Shown: in pieces, positions 23,469 through 36,145 of the stretch
Position numbering within the stretch: position 1 is the stretch's first letter
Layout: each line of letters begins with the position of its first letter
From: Candidatus Atelocyanobacterium thalassae
GTDB lineage: Bacteria; Cyanobacteriota; Cyanobacteriia; Cyanobacteriales; Microcystaceae
Direction of reading: 5' to 3'
DNA length: 64,000 nucleotides
Assembly (NCBI GenBank): GCA_051971635.1
Contig: JBFPLN010000004.1
Location: forward strand, 1-64,000
Position numbers and translations under genes: made by a program
Notes under the pieces: model-generated
What the model was told of the DNA's origin: nothing
Database searches by the model: none
The model's input: the letters and a program-made list of their open reading frames with translations, nothing else

Positions 23469-26400
23469 ATGACATTCTATAATCAAATTGTTGACAAACG
23501 TCGCTTAAAAAAACTAATTGCTTTAGCTTTTCGTAACTACGGTTCAGCTCATAGTTCTCAAGTAGCAGATGATTTAAAAGACTTAGGTTTTCGCTATGCA
23601 ACTAAAGCTGGAGTCTCTATTAGTATTGATGATTTGACAGTTCCTCCTGCTAAGCGAGGAATGCTTGACAGTGCTGAAAAAGAAATTAATAGTACAGAAG
23701 CTAGATATGCTCGTGGAGAAATAACTGAAGTAGAACGTTTTCAGAAAGTTATTGATACTTGGAATAGCACATCAGAAGAGCTTAAGGATGAGGTTGTTCG
23801 TAATTTTAGGTTAACTGATCCTCTAAACTCTGTATATATGATGGCTTTCTCTGGAGCTCGTGGTAATATGAGCCAAGTTCGACAGTTGGTTGGAATGCGT
23901 GGTTTGATGGCTGATCCACAAGGTCAAATTATAGATCAGCCAATCAAAACTAACTTTCGTGAAGGTTTGACAGTAACAGAATATGTAATTTCCTCTTATG
24001 GAGCTCGAAAAGGATTAGTAGATACCGCTCTTAGGACGGCTGATTCAGGGTATTTAACTAGGAGACTAGTTGATGTTTCTCAAGACGTAATTGTTCGAGA
24101 GATAGATTGTGGAACCCGCCGTGGCTTAATGGTTAAAGCTATGAAAGATGGGGAACGTGTAAAAATAGCCTTAGGAGACCGACTACTAGGACGAGTCTTA
24201 GCTGAAGATGTGGTAGTGGGGAATGAAATTTTAGCCAAAAGAAATCAAGCTATTGATGCAGAACTTGCTGCTAAAATTGGTACCAGCGTAGAGCATGTAA
24301 TAGTACGTTCACCTCTAACATGTGAAGCAGCTCGCTCTGTATGTCAGTCATGTTATGGATGGAGTTTGGCAACAGGTCGCGCAGTAGACCTTGGTGAAGC
24401 AGTTGGTATAATTGCAGCTCAGTCGATTGGTGAACCTGGAACTCAATTAACAATGAGAACATTTCATACTGGAGGAGTATTTACAGGTGAAGTTGCTGAG
24501 CAAATCAAGTCTCCTAACGAAGGAATTATAAAATGGAATAAAGGGTTGAGTGCTCGTAAAGTACGGACACGTCATGGAGAAGATGCTTTCCAAGTTGAAA
24601 CAGGTGGAGAATTAAACTGGTTTTCTAAAAAAGGTGATGATAAATCTAGTTATATCATAACTCCTGGCTCTGTATTATTTGTTGCTGATGGAGACGGTGT
24701 CCAAGCAGATAAAATGCTGGCCGAAGTTACATCAGCCAAAACAACTTGTGCAACAGAACGTGCAACAAAAGATGTCTCAACTGATTTGGCTGGAGAAGTA
24801 TTCTTTGCAAGTTTAGTGTCGGAAGAAAAAACTGACCGTCAAGGAAATACAACTCATATTGCTCAAAGAGGAGGTTTAATATGGGTATTATCAGGAGAAG
24901 TATATAACTTTCCTCCTGGAGCAGAACCAATAGTATCAAATGGAAATCAAGTAACGGCAGAAGATGTATTAGCAGAAACTAAATTGGTATCACTTAATGG
25001 AGGTATGGTTCGATATCTTCCTCAAAGTCGTGAAATAGATATTATTACTGCTTCTGTATCTCTAGATAAAGCTGAGATACGTAGAGAAAGTAATGGCGGA
25101 CATGAGCAATACATAATTTATACAGCTGATAGTCAAAGGTTTTTACTAAAAGCAACTCCTGAAACAAAAGTACAAAATCATGCAGTTATTGCAGAATTAA
25201 TTGATAATCGTTATGAAACTTCCACAGGTGGTATTTTACGTTATGGTGGCATAGAAGTAGCTAAAGGGAGTCGTAAAGCTGGCTATGAAATATTGGGAGG
25301 GGGAACTTTACTATGGGTTCCTGAAGAAACTCACGAAGTTAATAAAGATATTTCTCTATTAATAGTTGAGGACGGCCAATATGTTGAAGCAGGTACTGAA
25401 GTAGTAAAAGATATTTTTTGTCAGTCCTCAGGTGTCGTTGAAGTTGTTCAAAAAAATGATATTCTACGAGAAATTATTATCAAACCTGGAGAATTTCATC
25501 TGGATGTTGACCCAAATGAAGTGGAGTTAAAAAACGAAGATCTCGTTCCTCCAGGGACAGAAGTATTGCCTGGTGTTGTTAGTACTGATTTACGTCAAGT
25601 TGAGTGGATTGAAAGTACTGAAGGACAGGGGTTATTACTACGTCCTGTCGAAGAGTATAATATCAATCATAAACCAAAAGTTCCATCTCAAAATTCAATT
25701 AATGGAAAAGATTTAGAAAGACATATTGAATTAAGACCTACACAAAAACTATTTTATAAAGACGGAGAGCGAGTAAAATCAGTTGATGGGGTCCATCTTC
25801 TAAATACTCAATTAGTACTAGAAATAGATACTGGAAATGATCAGCTATCCTCTACCTTAGTTGCAGATATTGAATTAAAAGATGATGAAACAAAAGATTG
25901 CCAACGTTTACAACTGGTTATCCTAGAATCTTTAATACTACGTCGTGATCTTGATACAGATCCTCATGGTGGAATAATCAAAACTAGTGTTTTGGTATCA
26001 GATGGAGACCAAATATCTCCGGGTGATGTGGTTGCAAAAACTGAAATTCGATGTAGGGAAAATGGGCAAATTCGGGGCATAAAAAATGGTCTTGAAGCAG
26101 TACGTCGTCTTCTAGTTGTAAGAGATGAAGATATTCACACTTTCACATTAAATGAAGAACCTAAAGTAAAAGAAAATGACTTAGTTGTTGCAGGTGCAGA
26201 ACTTGCACAAGGTATAGTTGCCCCTGATTCCGGACTAATATCTTCTATAAACAAAATCAATTCATCACATTATGAAGTAACTTTACGATTAGCTCGTCCG
26301 TATAGAGTTTCTGCTGGAGCTATTTTACATGTTGAAGATGGAGATTTAGTTCAACGTGGAGATAACTTAGTCTTATTAGTTTATGAAAGAGCTAAGACGG

Positions 26401-27371
26401 GAGATATCATACAAGGGTTACCTAGAATTGAAGAATTATTGGAAGCTAGAAAACCAAAAGAGGCATGTGTTCTAGCCAGGAAACCGGGAGTTTGTCAAAT
26501 AGAGTACAGTGATAATGAGATTTTATCAATGAAGGTTGTCGAAGAGGATGGGGGAGAGAATGATTATCCTATTCTTCTTAACCAAAATGCTATTGTTTCA
26601 GACAACCAAAAAGTTGATATTGGTGAACACTTAACTGATGGTCCAGCTAATCCACATGAATTATTAGAAGTCTTTTTTAATTATTACGTTGACAAAAAAG
26701 GAGTTTATGAAGCCGCTTTAATTGGTTTGCAAGAAGCTCAAAAATTTTTAGTTGATCAAGTACAGGTCGTTTATCAGTCTCAAGGAATTGACATTTCAGA
26801 TAAACATATTGAAGTCATTGTCCGCCAAATGACTGCAAAGGTTAGAGTTGATGATGGAGGGGATACAACAATGTTACCTGGAGAGTTGGTAGAGCTACGT
26901 CAAATAGAACAAGTTAATGAAGCCATGTCTATTACAGGAGGTGCCCCAGCTATGTATACTCCCGTTTTACTGGGAATTACTAAAGCTTCCTTAAATACAG
27001 ACAGCTTTATAAGTGCGGCATCATTTCAAGAAACTACTCGTGTCCTAACCGAAGCAGCGATAGAAGGAAAGTCTGATTGGCTAAGGGGTTTAAAGGAAAA
27101 TGTAATTATTGGTCGCTTAATTCCTGCAGGTACTGGCTTTAATGTCCATGAAGAAATGCTTATGGGGACTGTAGATACCAATGATGATAACTCCGATAAT
27201 CAATATGAAAAAGAAGGTAAGCGATACGATAGTGAACATTCAAGTCGGTTATTAGGCTCTACTTTAGACAAAGTAGATGAGAATATGATCTTAGATGATA
27301 ATATCGCTCGTGCTTATACTGAATCAGATACTCCTTGGAATATTGATAAGAACAGAAACAATGACGAGTAA
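23469..27371 (+). CDS. rpoC2: RNA polymerase beta' subunit (cyanobacterial RpoC2)
   Basis: [39 protein letters not shown], large lineage-specific insertion, [10 protein letters not shown]. Confidence 0.99.
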   Translation: MTFYNQIVDKRRLKKLIALAFRNYGSAHSSQVADDLKDLGFRYATKAGVSISIDDLTVPPAKRGMLDSAEKEINSTEARYARGEITEVERFQKVIDTWNSTSEELKDEVVRNFRLTDPLNSVYMMAFSGARGNMSQVRQLVGMRGLMADPQGQIIDQPIKTNFREGLTVTEYVISSYGARKGLVDTALRTADSGYLTRRLVDVSQDVIVREIDCGTRRGLMVKAMKDGERVKIALGDRLLGRVLAEDVVVGNEILAKRNQAIDAELAAKIGTSVEHVIVRSPLTCEAARSVCQSCYGWSLATGRAVDLGEAVGIIAAQSIGEPGTQLTMRTFHTGGVFTGEVAEQIKSPNEGIIKWNKGLSARKVRTRHGEDAFQVETGGELNWFSKKGDDKSSYIITPGSVLFVADGDGVQADKMLAEVTSAKTTCATERATKDVSTDLAGEVFFASLVSEEKTDRQGNTTHIAQRGGLIWVLSGEVYNFPPGAEPIVSNGNQVTAEDVLAETKLVSLNGGMVRYLPQSREIDIITASVSLDKAEIRRESNGGHEQYIIYTADSQRFLLKATPETKVQNHAVIAELIDNRYETSTGGILRYGGIEVAKGSRKAGYEILGGGTLLWVPEETHEVNKDISLLIVEDGQYVEAGTEVVKDIFCQSSGVVEVVQKNDILREIIIKPGEFHLDVDPNEVELKNEDLVPPGTEVLPGVVSTDLRQVEWIESTEGQGLLLRPVEEYNINHKPKVPSQNSINGKDLERHIELRPTQKLFYKDGERVKSVDGVHLLNTQLVLEIDTGNDQLSSTLVADIELKDDETKDCQRLQLVILESLILRRDLDTDPHGGIIKTSVLVSDGDQISPGDVVAKTEIRCRENGQIRGIKNGLEAVRRLLVVRDEDIHTFTLNEEPKVKENDLVVAGAELAQGIVAPDSGLISSINKINSSHYEVTLRLARPYRVSAGAILHVEDGDLVQRGDNLVLLVYERAKTGDIIQGLPRIEELLEARKPKEACVLARKPGVCQIEYSDNEILSMKVVEEDGGENDYPILLNQNAIVSDNQKVDIGEHLTDGPANPHELLEVFFNYYVDKKGVYEAALIGLQEAQKFLVDQVQVVYQSQGIDISDKHIEVIVRQMTAKVRVDDGGDTTMLPGELVELRQIEQVNEAMSITGGAPAMYTPVLLGITKASLNTDSFISAASFQETTRVLTEAAIEGKSDWLRGLKENVIIGRLIPAGTGFNVHEEMLMGTVDTNDDNSDNQYEKEGKRYDSEHSSRLLGSTLDKVDENMILDDNIARAYTESDTPWNIDKNRNNDE

Positions 27372-27431
27372 TCCAAATTTATTTATGATTTTAGGTAAAA
27401 ACAGGACGTAATACTCTCCTATAGTTTTTGT

Positions 27432-27478
27432 TTTGATTATATTTTGAAGATTTACATCATCTTCAAAATATAATCAAA
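27432..27478 (+). terminator. Perfect 20-bp hairpin after rpoC2
   Basis: TTTGATTATATTTTGAAGAT - 7 nt loop - ATCTTCAAAATATAATCAAA. Confidence 0.8.
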
Positions 27479-27527
27479 CTGTTATATATTTGTTTATATA
27501 TTTTAAATAAGCTTAAAATATATAAAC

Positions 27528-28187
27528 ATGGACACATTAAACTTAACTATGGATTTAAGTGCTTTAAGACAGGAATACAATTGTGAAGGATTAACAAAAG
27601 AAGGTTTAGCTTCTGATCCCTTTCATCAATTTGAAAAATGGTTTAAACAATATACTCAAGCAAATTTAGTAGAACCAAATGCAATGGTTTTAGCAACTGT
27701 TTCAGAAAAAGGAGAACCTTCAGCAAGAACAGTTCTTTTAAAATATTTTGATAAACAAGGATTCGTTTTTTTTACAAACTATGAGAGTAAAAAAGCTCAG
27801 CAAATTGAAAAAAATTCTAATGTTGCTTTATTGTTTCCATGGTTTCCTTTAGAACGTCAAGTTAAAATTGAGGGAACAGCTACTAAAATATCGACAACAG
27901 AGTCTTTATCTTATTTTGTTAACCGTCCTCGAGGTAGTCAGCTTGGTGCTTGGTGCTCACATCAAAGCACAGTTATATCCTCAAGAAGTATGCTAGAAAA
28001 TAAATTTGAAGAGTTGAAGTTAAAATTTCAAAATAGAACGGTACCTTTACCATCTTTTTGGGGAGGATATCGAGTTGTTCCTAAGCAATTTGAATTTTGG
28101 CAAGGAAGAAGTAATAGATTACACGATAGATTTGCTTATATTCTAACTAATGACAGTGATTGGAGTATTACTCGTTTATCTCCGTAG
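27528..28187 (+). CDS. pdxH: Pyridoxamine 5'-phosphate oxidase
   Basis: EPNAMVLAT, RTVLLK, FFTNYESKK, RQVKIEG, FWGGYR, EFWQGRSNRLHDR. Confidence 0.97.
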   Translation: MDTLNLTMDLSALRQEYNCEGLTKEGLASDPFHQFEKWFKQYTQANLVEPNAMVLATVSEKGEPSARTVLLKYFDKQGFVFFTNYESKKAQQIEKNSNVALLFPWFPLERQVKIEGTATKISTTESLSYFVNRPRGSQLGAWCSHQSTVISSRSMLENKFEELKLKFQNRTVPLPSFWGGYRVVPKQFEFWQGRSNRLHDRFAYILTNDSDWSITRLSP

Positions 28188-28561
28188 TAAACTTTTATTC
28201 TAAAGAATATCGACCATAATATTGCTTTGATCATAGTCAAATACTTGAACAATAAAAATCATGCTGAACAGAAAAAGAAATTTCGACATTAGGATAGTTG
28301 AACTCTATAAAATAACTAATATTTCTTTTTTTGTTTAAACACTAGTCTTAAAAAGGCTATGGTAACATTTTTAGCTAAGCAAAGTACTTCAGGTGAAAAA
28401 GTTAAAGTGTTATTTCCTAACTATTAAGTTATATATTTAGAAAAATGATTTGATAAATTCAAAGCGAAAGAAGATTAATTAAATGAGTCAGTATAAAATA
28501 AATAAACTTCTTCAAGCTAAGCTGAAGAATCCCCGAATGTTTCATCTTAGTTATTAAGATT

Positions 28562-29644
28562 ATGATTGATGTCATTATAATTACAATATTTATTTTAGCT
28601 GCTGCTGGAATTGGTTTTAATAGTGTTGACTTGCTTTCTCCAGAACTACAAAAACAGATTGCTGATATAACTAGTTTACGGTGGTTGGGAGCCTTCTGCT
28701 CTTCAATCCTAGGATTAATTTTTGGCTTAGTTGCTCAAACCACATATAGACATATAGAAATATATATTAAAAATATCTCTATAGAAGTTATTTTAATTCG
28801 GTCAATAGGATTGATAACAGGACTTATCATCACTAATCTTATGCTGGCTCCAATTTTTTTACTGCCAATACCTCAAGAGTTTGCTTTTATTAAGCCAATG
28901 GCTGCTATTTTAGGGAGCACTATATTTCCTTTAATGGGGGTTAACATAGCAAGTGCTCACCAGCAAAGACTTTTAAGACTAGCAAATTTTAATACTACAG
29001 AATTTTGGTCAATTAAAGAAAATAAGTATCAATATACTTCTGTAAAAATTATTGATACTAGTTGCATAATAGATGGACGGATAGAAAAACTTTTACATGC
29101 AGGATTTATTGAAGGAAAAATTTTGGTTCCTAAGTTTATATTACAAGAATTACAAATATTAGCAGATAACAATAATGAACAAAAACGTTTTAAAGGACGT
29201 AGGGGATTAGATATATTAAATAGGATGCAGGAATCGTTTTCTGATAATTTTGTCGTCTATGAAAGTTATCATCAAGACCTTTCTACTGTTGATGCGAAAT
29301 TAGTTGATCTCGCAAGAGAAGTCGACGGAATTCTTTTAACAAATGACTATAATTTAAGTAAAGTGGCTAATTTACAAAAAGTTACTGTTCTAAATGTTAA
29401 TGATATTACGGAAGCAAGCCGCTTAATTTACTTACCTGAAGATATATTACATCTCAAAATTATTAAATCAGGACAGGAAAATAATCAAGGAGTGGGATAT
29501 TTAGAAGATGGTACAATGGTAGTTATAGAAGAAGGAAAAAAGTATATAGGAAAACTTATAAGTGTATTCGTAACCTCCACATTTCAAACTTCTACAGGAC
29601 GAATGGTTTTTGCAAAACCTGAATCAGTTATATCTCAGTATTAG
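28562..29644 (+). CDS. Membrane-anchored PIN/TRAM domain protein
   Basis: N-terminal TM helices, IIDTSCIIDGR, GRRGLDIL, LTNDYNL, GVGYLEDGTMVVIE. Confidence 0.9.
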   Translation: MIDVIIITIFILAAAGIGFNSVDLLSPELQKQIADITSLRWLGAFCSSILGLIFGLVAQTTYRHIEIYIKNISIEVILIRSIGLITGLIITNLMLAPIFLLPIPQEFAFIKPMAAILGSTIFPLMGVNIASAHQQRLLRLANFNTTEFWSIKENKYQYTSVKIIDTSCIIDGRIEKLLHAGFIEGKILVPKFILQELQILADNNNEQKRFKGRRGLDILNRMQESFSDNFVVYESYHQDLSTVDAKLVDLAREVDGILLTNDYNLSKVANLQKVTVLNVNDITEASRLIYLPEDILHLKIIKSGQENNQGVGYLEDGTMVVIEEGKKYIGKLISVFVTSTFQTSTGRMVFAKPESVISQY

Positions 29645-29683
29645 CTGTATATATTGCAATGATCAATACCTATTCTGAATTAA

Positions 29684-30382
29684 TTAAGTATATTCAAATA
29701 TGTTATGCCTTGTATGTAATCTTTTTAAATGAGATTCTAGCTCATAGGTTAATCTTTCAGAATCATTTCTAGTATTTTGGAAGTTATATATAGTTATATC
29801 TATAGGTAACCCAATATTTACAATAACCTTTGTCCACCAAGAAGGGAAAAAACGACTATATTGAATACTAATTGGTAGGATTTTTATTGTGTTATCAGGT
29901 TGTTTAGACTTTACGTCTAAAACAATATGTGCTGTACCTCTTTTTAAAGTTCTAACCTGAGAACCTCTGAAAATACCTCCTTCTGGGAAAATAACTAACA
30001 TTTTCTCTTTTTTTAAAATCTCTACACTATGATCTAGGCCACCACCAGCTAACTGTTTAGAGTTAATAGGAAAGCCTCCTAGTCTTCGAATAAACCAACC
30101 TTGTAAACCGTTCATTTCACTAGAGGACACCATAAAATTTAGATCTCGTCCACTAGCTACACGACCTACAGCATAAGGAATTATCAAAGCATCCCAGCGA
30201 GATCGATGAGTTGGAGTCACAATTACTGAGCCATTTTTAGGAATATTTTCTTGTCCTTTTATTATTAAGCGACCAAAGTACAATGGCAAAATTAACCAGA
30301 ATCCTGAAATATAGGCAATATAAATTAACCAAGGGGTAATTTTAGATTGTAATTTCTCATGAGAATTATTTGAGATACACAT
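29684..30382 (-). CDS. plsC: 1-acyl-sn-glycerol-3-phosphate acyltransferase
   Basis: THRSRWD (HxxxxD) and FPEG motifs. Confidence 0.85.
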   Translation of the reverse strand: MCISNNSHEKLQSKITPWLIYIAYISGFWLILPLYFGRLIIKGQENIPKNGSVIVTPTHRSRWDALIIPYAVGRVASGRDLNFMVSSSEMNGLQGWFIRRLGGFPINSKQLAGGGLDHSVEILKKEKMLVIFPEGGIFRGSQVRTLKRGTAHIVLDVKSKQPDNTIKILPISIQYSRFFPSWWTKVIVNIGLPIDITIYNFQNTRNDSERLTYELESHLKRLHTRHNIFEYT

Positions 30383-30419
30383 ACAGTTAGAACAGTTATA
30401 AAAACAATAGATTTAAATA

Positions 30420-30929
30420 TTAATTTCCCAACATTTTTTGAACTTTTTCTTGTAAATGTTTATTTTTAGCCACTATTTCCTCGATCTTCAGAAATCTCGG
30501 CAAATCTAACCCCTGTGTCTTTACAGTACTTTGCCTTTTTTTCTCTGCATTACTCATGATTTCTTCAAGCTTAATAACCACTTTCCGAAATTTATCCAAA
30601 TCTTCTGAAGAATTATCAAAGCTAGGTTTCAATTGTCTTTGATTTTTATTAATTTCCATGAATTTTTCAGGAGTTAGTCCTTCTTTTTTCATTGCTTTGG
30701 CCATAATATGTTGCATATTCATTTCGATTCTTTGAAATAGCTTAATCACGTTTACAAATTGTTTCAATTCTAAGGGACTAACTTCTTGTAAGTAATTAGT
30801 TTCTGTTTTTATGGTAGGCGATAAAGGCGCTTGAAATTGAGATTTAACCTTCTGAGGAAATGAAAATAACAAAATTGTGACTATGCTTCCTAGTATAGAT
30901 ATTTTAAACATAAAAAATTTCTTGAACAT
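30420..30929 (-). CDS. Exported hypothetical protein, DUF4168-like
   Basis: Signal-peptide-like N-terminus; repeated 'EGLTPEKFMEI' and 'QGLDLPRFLKI' units. Confidence 0.65.
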   Translation of the reverse strand: MFKKFFMFKISILGSIVTILLFSFPQKVKSQFQAPLSPTIKTETNYLQEVSPLELKQFVNVIKLFQRIEMNMQHIMAKAMKKEGLTPEKFMEINKNQRQLKPSFDNSSEDLDKFRKVVIKLEEIMSNAEKKRQSTVKTQGLDLPRFLKIEEIVAKNKHLQEKVQKMLGN

Positions 30930-31148
30930 TTATTTATAATTCCAGTACAGTTAATTATCTTAGACTTCTATTGTTCAAATTGCCATATATTTCTGTCCTA
31001 TTAATTATTGATTTTCTTAACAGAAATAAATTAGAAAATTTATGCAAGTTTAATTCAATGAGATATATATTATAGTTAGTTTACTTTTGGTAGATACTAA
31101 TACGATAAGAGTCTTTCTATATAAGTTTGATAATTAATTTTAATTTTT

Positions 31149-33455
31149 GTGAAATACAATATTATGAACCAGATAAAAAGATTAAATATTATTATTAAAG
31201 GTATTGTTCAAGGTGTTGGATTTAGACCTTTTGTCTATAAACTATCAGCAAATTTAAACTTAAAAGGAATAATTATTAACTCTGGGTCGGGAATTATTAT
31301 TGAAGTAGAAGGAAGTCAATATAATCTACAAAGTTTTTTATCAAAACTACATGATGAAAAACCCATAACATCAAAAATTGACATTATAAAAATTATTACT
31401 CTTAAACCTTTCGGATATTTAACCTTTGACATTAATAATAGTATTCATGATCAAAAAAATGTTACAGTTCCTCCTGATATTGCTACATGTCAAGATTGTT
31501 TAGAAGAAATTTCGGACCCCAATAATAGAAGATATCTATATCCTTTTACTAATTGTACTAATTGCGGCTCACGTTATAGCATCATCCGCGGGCTACCATA
31601 TGATCGCTCGCAAACCAGCATAAATGAATTTACCATGTGTAAATTTTGTCAGAAAGAATATGAAAATTCTCTTAGCAAGCGATTCCATTCTCAAGTAAAT
31701 TTTTGTCCTCTTTGTGGCCCAAAATTAAAGTTATTAAACAATAAAAGTGAAGCGTTGTCATATAGTCTCGAAGCATTGAAACAATGCATCAATGAGCTTA
31801 AGAATGGAAAGATTATCGCAATTAAGGGATTAGGTGGATTTCAGCTTATTGTTAATGCAAGAAATATAAGCTCAGTTAATAAGCTAAGAGAACATAAAAA
31901 TCGGCCTGAAAAGCCATTTGCTTTAATGTATTCTTCATTGAGAGCCATAAGAACTGACTGTCAAATTAGTTTACTAGAAAAAAAGTTATTAACTTCTCCT
32001 CAAGCTCCTATTGTTTTACTTAAACGAAAAAACAATAATATCCTAAATTGTAATATTGCACCTGAGAATCCATATTTAGGTGTCATGCTTCCTTCAACTT
32101 CTTTACACTATTTATTACTAAAAGAATTGAATTTCCCGCTTATCGTAACTAGTGGAAACATTAGCGGTGAACCTATATGTATTGATGAAAAGGAAGCCAT
32201 AGAGTATTTAGGATCTATTACTAATTTATTTTTAGTTCATGATTTACCGATTGTTCGTCCTATTGACGATTCTGTAGTTAGAGTTATTCAAGGGAGAAAA
32301 TTACTTATAAGGTGTGCTAGAGGATATACACCTATATCTTTAATGATAAATAAACAATCATATCCTAATTATAAAAAACTTATAAAAACATCTAACGTTT
32401 TGGCAGTTGGCAGCCATGCAAAAAATACTGTAGCCATATTAAAAAACAATCAGATTTTTATAAGTCAATATATTGGAGACTTAAGTACAGAAAAGACTTT
32501 TGAAGCATTTAAACATACAATTAATAGTCTTAAAACTTTATATGAATTTAAACCACAAACTATAGTATGTGATAAACATCCTGATTACATATCTAGTCAT
32601 TTTGCCAAAGCTCAAAAGCTGCCTTTAACAAAGGTTCAACATCACTATGCTCATGTATTATCTTGCATGTTAGACAACAAATTAAAGCCGCCAGTTTTAG
32701 GAATTACATGGGATGGAACTGGGTATGGTGATGACGGTACAATTTGGGGTGGAGAATTTATATTAGTTTTAAGTAACTATTACCGAAGAATTGCTCATTT
32801 CCATCCTTTTAAACTTCCAGGAGGAGATAAAGCTATGAAAGATACTAGACGTAGCGCATTAGGTCTGTTATACGAGGTATCAAACTTTGAAGATAATTTG
32901 GAACTATCTTTTCTTAGAGAATTTTCAAAACAAGAACTATCTTTGTTAAAACAAATGCTATCTCTTGATATTAATACGTCTTCAACTACAAGTGTAGGTA
33001 GGCTGTTTGATGGAGTCGCAGCAATTCTAGGAATATGTTATGAGAATACTTTTGAAGGACAAAGTGGTATGTTATTAGAATACGCTACTATAAATTACAA
33101 AACTGAAGATAGTTATACTTATGTCATAACAGGAACAAAGTATCCTCAAATAATAGATTGGAAGTCGATCATACAAGAGATAGTCCAAGATGTATTCAGC
33201 AAGGTATCTTATAGAAAAATTTCAGCAAAATTCCATAATACTCTTGCTGAAATTATTGTTGATATTGCTAAAAGATCTCAGGTGAAAAATATCTTATTAA
33301 CTGGAGGATGTTTTCAGAACAAATATTTAACAGAAAGAGCAATTGCTAGATTGGAACAAGAACATTTAGTTCCTTTCTTTCATCAACATGTACCGCCTAA
33401 TGATGGAGGTATAGCTCTAGGGCAAATCATGGCAGAGGTTATGCATAAGCAGTAA
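31149..33455 (+). CDS. hypF: Hydrogenase maturation carbamoyltransferase
   Basis: GIVQGVGFRPFVY acylphosphatase domain, two zinc fingers, KGLGGF, QHHYAH, PPNDGGIALGQ. Confidence 0.97.
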   Translation: MKYNIMNQIKRLNIIIKGIVQGVGFRPFVYKLSANLNLKGIIINSGSGIIIEVEGSQYNLQSFLSKLHDEKPITSKIDIIKIITLKPFGYLTFDINNSIHDQKNVTVPPDIATCQDCLEEISDPNNRRYLYPFTNCTNCGSRYSIIRGLPYDRSQTSINEFTMCKFCQKEYENSLSKRFHSQVNFCPLCGPKLKLLNNKSEALSYSLEALKQCINELKNGKIIAIKGLGGFQLIVNARNISSVNKLREHKNRPEKPFALMYSSLRAIRTDCQISLLEKKLLTSPQAPIVLLKRKNNNILNCNIAPENPYLGVMLPSTSLHYLLLKELNFPLIVTSGNISGEPICIDEKEAIEYLGSITNLFLVHDLPIVRPIDDSVVRVIQGRKLLIRCARGYTPISLMINKQSYPNYKKLIKTSNVLAVGSHAKNTVAILKNNQIFISQYIGDLSTEKTFEAFKHTINSLKTLYEFKPQTIVCDKHPDYISSHFAKAQKLPLTKVQHHYAHVLSCMLDNKLKPPVLGITWDGTGYGDDGTIWGGEFILVLSNYYRRIAHFHPFKLPGGDKAMKDTRRSALGLLYEVSNFEDNLELSFLREFSKQELSLLKQMLSLDINTSSTTSVGRLFDGVAAILGICYENTFEGQSGMLLEYATINYKTEDSYTYVITGTKYPQIIDWKSIIQEIVQDVFSKVSYRKISAKFHNTLAEIIVDIAKRSQVKNILLTGGCFQNKYLTERAIARLEQEHLVPFFHQHVPPNDGGIALGQIMAEVMHKQ

Positions 33456-33742
33456 CATTGTTAACTTATTTAAGGTTTTTTCTTTAAGAAAGTTATATTT
33501 TTCAATAGATTATTTTGAATACAATATAAAAATATTAATAAGATCTCATAGTTTGAATTTTATAAAATATAGTTCATAAAGCAATTAAGACTTAATAAGG
33601 CTTATTTTAGTCATCTCACTTAATCAAGTTTACTATTGTAGATATTACATACGAAATAGTCTAGCAATAATATTTTTGTTAATGTTATCTTTTATACAAG
33701 ACAATGTAAACTTAGTTATTATATTAAATTTAAAGATATATT

Positions 33743-34138
33743 ATGGAATTAGTGTTTCCTGAAGATTTAAGGTTTTTAGACTCTCATGAATATGTCCGTT
33801 TAGATGGAAAAAATGCCATTATCGGAATTAGTGCCTATGCTATTGAACAATTGGGAGACGTAGTATTTTTAGAATTACCTAATATAGGAGATACTATACA
33901 AGCTGGAGAAAGTTTTGGTTCGATTGAATCAGTAAAAGCTGCTGAAGATCTCTACCCTCCAATTTCAGGGATCATCATAGATCGTAATGAAAGGATAATT
34001 GAAAATCCAGATAAGATCATCGATGATCCTTATGGAGATGGATGGTTACTAAAAATACAAACTGAAAATTCTAACAAAGAACTAGAAAATACTCTGTCAG
34101 AGAAAGAGTATAGACATATGTTAAATCAGTATGCTTAA
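33743..34138 (+). CDS. gcvH: Glycine cleavage system H protein
   Basis: SHEYVR, LGDVVFLELP, lipoyl lysine in IESVKAA, DPYGDGWL. Confidence 0.96.
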   Translation: MELVFPEDLRFLDSHEYVRLDGKNAIIGISAYAIEQLGDVVFLELPNIGDTIQAGESFGSIESVKAAEDLYPPISGIIIDRNERIIENPDKIIDDPYGDGWLLKIQTENSNKELENTLSEKEYRHMLNQYA

Positions 34139-34180
34139 ACAATTGAAAAGATCTAATTATTAATTAAATATCTCAAAAAG

Positions 34181-35383
34181 TTAAACTTTACATTTTTTTG
34201 CTTGAAAAATACGTTTCACTACTGCTTCAACAACTTTATCAGGGGTTGAAGCTCCAGAGGTAACCCCAATAGTTAAAGGTGTATTAGGAAGCCAATTATC
34301 CTGAACTACTAGGTCTTGTGTTAATGGTTTATGTTCAATTCTATTTCCTAGAAGAATACGTTTTTCACTATCTATATGGTAGGAAGGAATTCCTTTTTCT
34401 ATAGCGATTTCTTGTAAATGTGTTGTATTTGATGAATTAAAGCCTCCAATAACTACCATCAAAGAAATATTTTCTTCTACTAGATTTAACATGGCATCCT
34501 GACGTTCTTGAGTCGCATCACATATTGTATTAAAACTCATAAAATGCTTATCTAACTCAATTGGACCATATTTTTTCAATATAGCCATTTCAAACATCTT
34601 TCCGATTTGTTCTGTTTCACTTTTGAGCATAGTTGTTTGATTAGCTATACCTAGCTTGATCAAATCTTTATCTGGATCAAAATCTTTTGAACAAGCATTT
34701 TGAAATTTTTCTAAGAATATTTTTTTATCTCCCCCATTCAGCATATATTCGCAAACATAAGCTGCTTCCTCAAGATTTAATACAACTAAATAGGTTTCGG
34801 CAAAAGAACTAGTAGCGACAGTTTCTTCATGTTTGTATTTTCCATGAATGATAGATGTATATTTTTTTTTCTTATGTTTCTCAACTGAATTCCAAACCTT
34901 GGAAACCCATGGACAAGTTGTATCAATAATAGTGCACCCTATATCGTTCAAGAATTGCATCTCAGTAACACTTGCACCAAAGGCAGGTAATATAACGACA
35001 TCTCCTTGCTTTACAACAGAAAAATCTTTATTTTCACCAACAATTTTAATAAATCCAACGTTCATTTCTAACAAACGTTGATTAACTGAAGGATTGTGAA
35101 TAATTTCATTAGTAATCCATATTTGTTTATCTGAAAAATGCTGACGAGTCTCATATGCCATTGCTACTGCCCGTTCAACTCCCCAGCAAAAACCAAAAGC
35201 TTCTGCTAAATGAATAGTTATATCGCCTTGTTGCCACCGGTAGTTATTATTACGAATTTTTTGAATTAAAGAACTTTGATATTCTGTATTCATCACGCCC
35301 ATAACTTCAGCCTCATGTCCAAAACCCTTGCGATGATAATGTATAGACTGTTGTAGAGATCTTTTAAAAGCTTTTGTATCCAT
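34181..35383 (-). CDS. ispH: 4-hydroxy-3-methylbut-2-enyl diphosphate reductase
   Basis: [43 protein letters not shown]. Confidence 0.98.
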   Translation of the reverse strand: MDTKAFKRSLQQSIHYHRKGFGHEAEVMGVMNTEYQSSLIQKIRNNNYRWQQGDITIHLAEAFGFCWGVERAVAMAYETRQHFSDKQIWITNEIIHNPSVNQRLLEMNVGFIKIVGENKDFSVVKQGDVVILPAFGASVTEMQFLNDIGCTIIDTTCPWVSKVWNSVEKHKKKKYTSIIHGKYKHEETVATSSFAETYLVVLNLEEAAYVCEYMLNGGDKKIFLEKFQNACSKDFDPDKDLIKLGIANQTTMLKSETEQIGKMFEMAILKKYGPIELDKHFMSFNTICDATQERQDAMLNLVEENISLMVVIGGFNSSNTTHLQEIAIEKGIPSYHIDSEKRILLGNRIEHKPLTQDLVVQDNWLPNTPLTIGVTSGASTPDKVVEAVVKRIFQAKKCKV

Positions 35384-35812
35384 GATATCGTAAGACTAAA
35401 TTTATGATTGGTACTAATTATCAATCATCTTTTATAAATGATCAAATTTGTTCAAGAAACTAATTGAAATTATACTAGATTGCGATAGAAATTTAACTAT
35501 AAGGACTGTTATTTAAAATAATTTATTTAAATTATATAATTGATGAATTTAATTTATTTTTTATGAAAACTTTAATCTATGATTCAAATACTACTTAATT
35601 ATATTAGTTAATAGAAAATAAACTCTTGTAACAGTTAGTTGAAATTTTATAGATATTTCTAAATTCAGGAAATCATCGCAAACAATAAATTATATTGAAT
35701 TATTCTTCCAAATATAAGAAATATAAATACTTTCAAGTATAGAAACTACATTTTAGTTTAATTTATGTATATTTTCTAACTCATAGCTGTCATTCAGATA
35801 TTCTTTTTTGAT

Positions 35813-36145
35813 ATGGTAAATGTTAAGTACAATATTGATCTTTTTATGAATAACCCTTTAAAAGAATCCTCTTCAAAAGAAGTTAGTCCTTTAAACTGTC
35901 TTATCGGATCATTTTTAGCTGGAATATTAGGCTATGGACTCTATAATTTAACTAGTTCGATTGTCCATTCTTTTTATGCGAAGCCTTTGATTTCTTCCAA
36001 TCTTCTAATCATAAAATTGGGAACTTTAGTAAGGACTTTAGTTATGGGTGTTGCTTCATTAGCAACTTTTATATGTTTTTTTATAGCCTTAGGATTAATT
36101 TTGTTGGCTTGTCAATTATTTTGGAATAAGATTAATCGTACTTAG
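35813..36145 (+). CDS. Small membrane protein, DUF3082-like
   Basis: Two TM helices; 'SPLNCLIGS' and 'VRTLVMGVASLATF' resemble the cyanobacterial DUF3082 family. Confidence 0.7.
   Translation: MVNVKYNIDLFMNNPLKESSSKEVSPLNCLIGSFLAGILGYGLYNLTSSIVHSFYAKPLISSNLLIIKLGTLVRTLVMGVASLATFICFFIALGLILLACQLFWNKINRT

Noticed and set aside
23384..23469. rpoC1 missing between rpoB and rpoC2 as a gene loss
   Set aside because: rpoC1 is encoded separately in Synechocystis-like unicellular cyanobacteria, so this arrangement is expected
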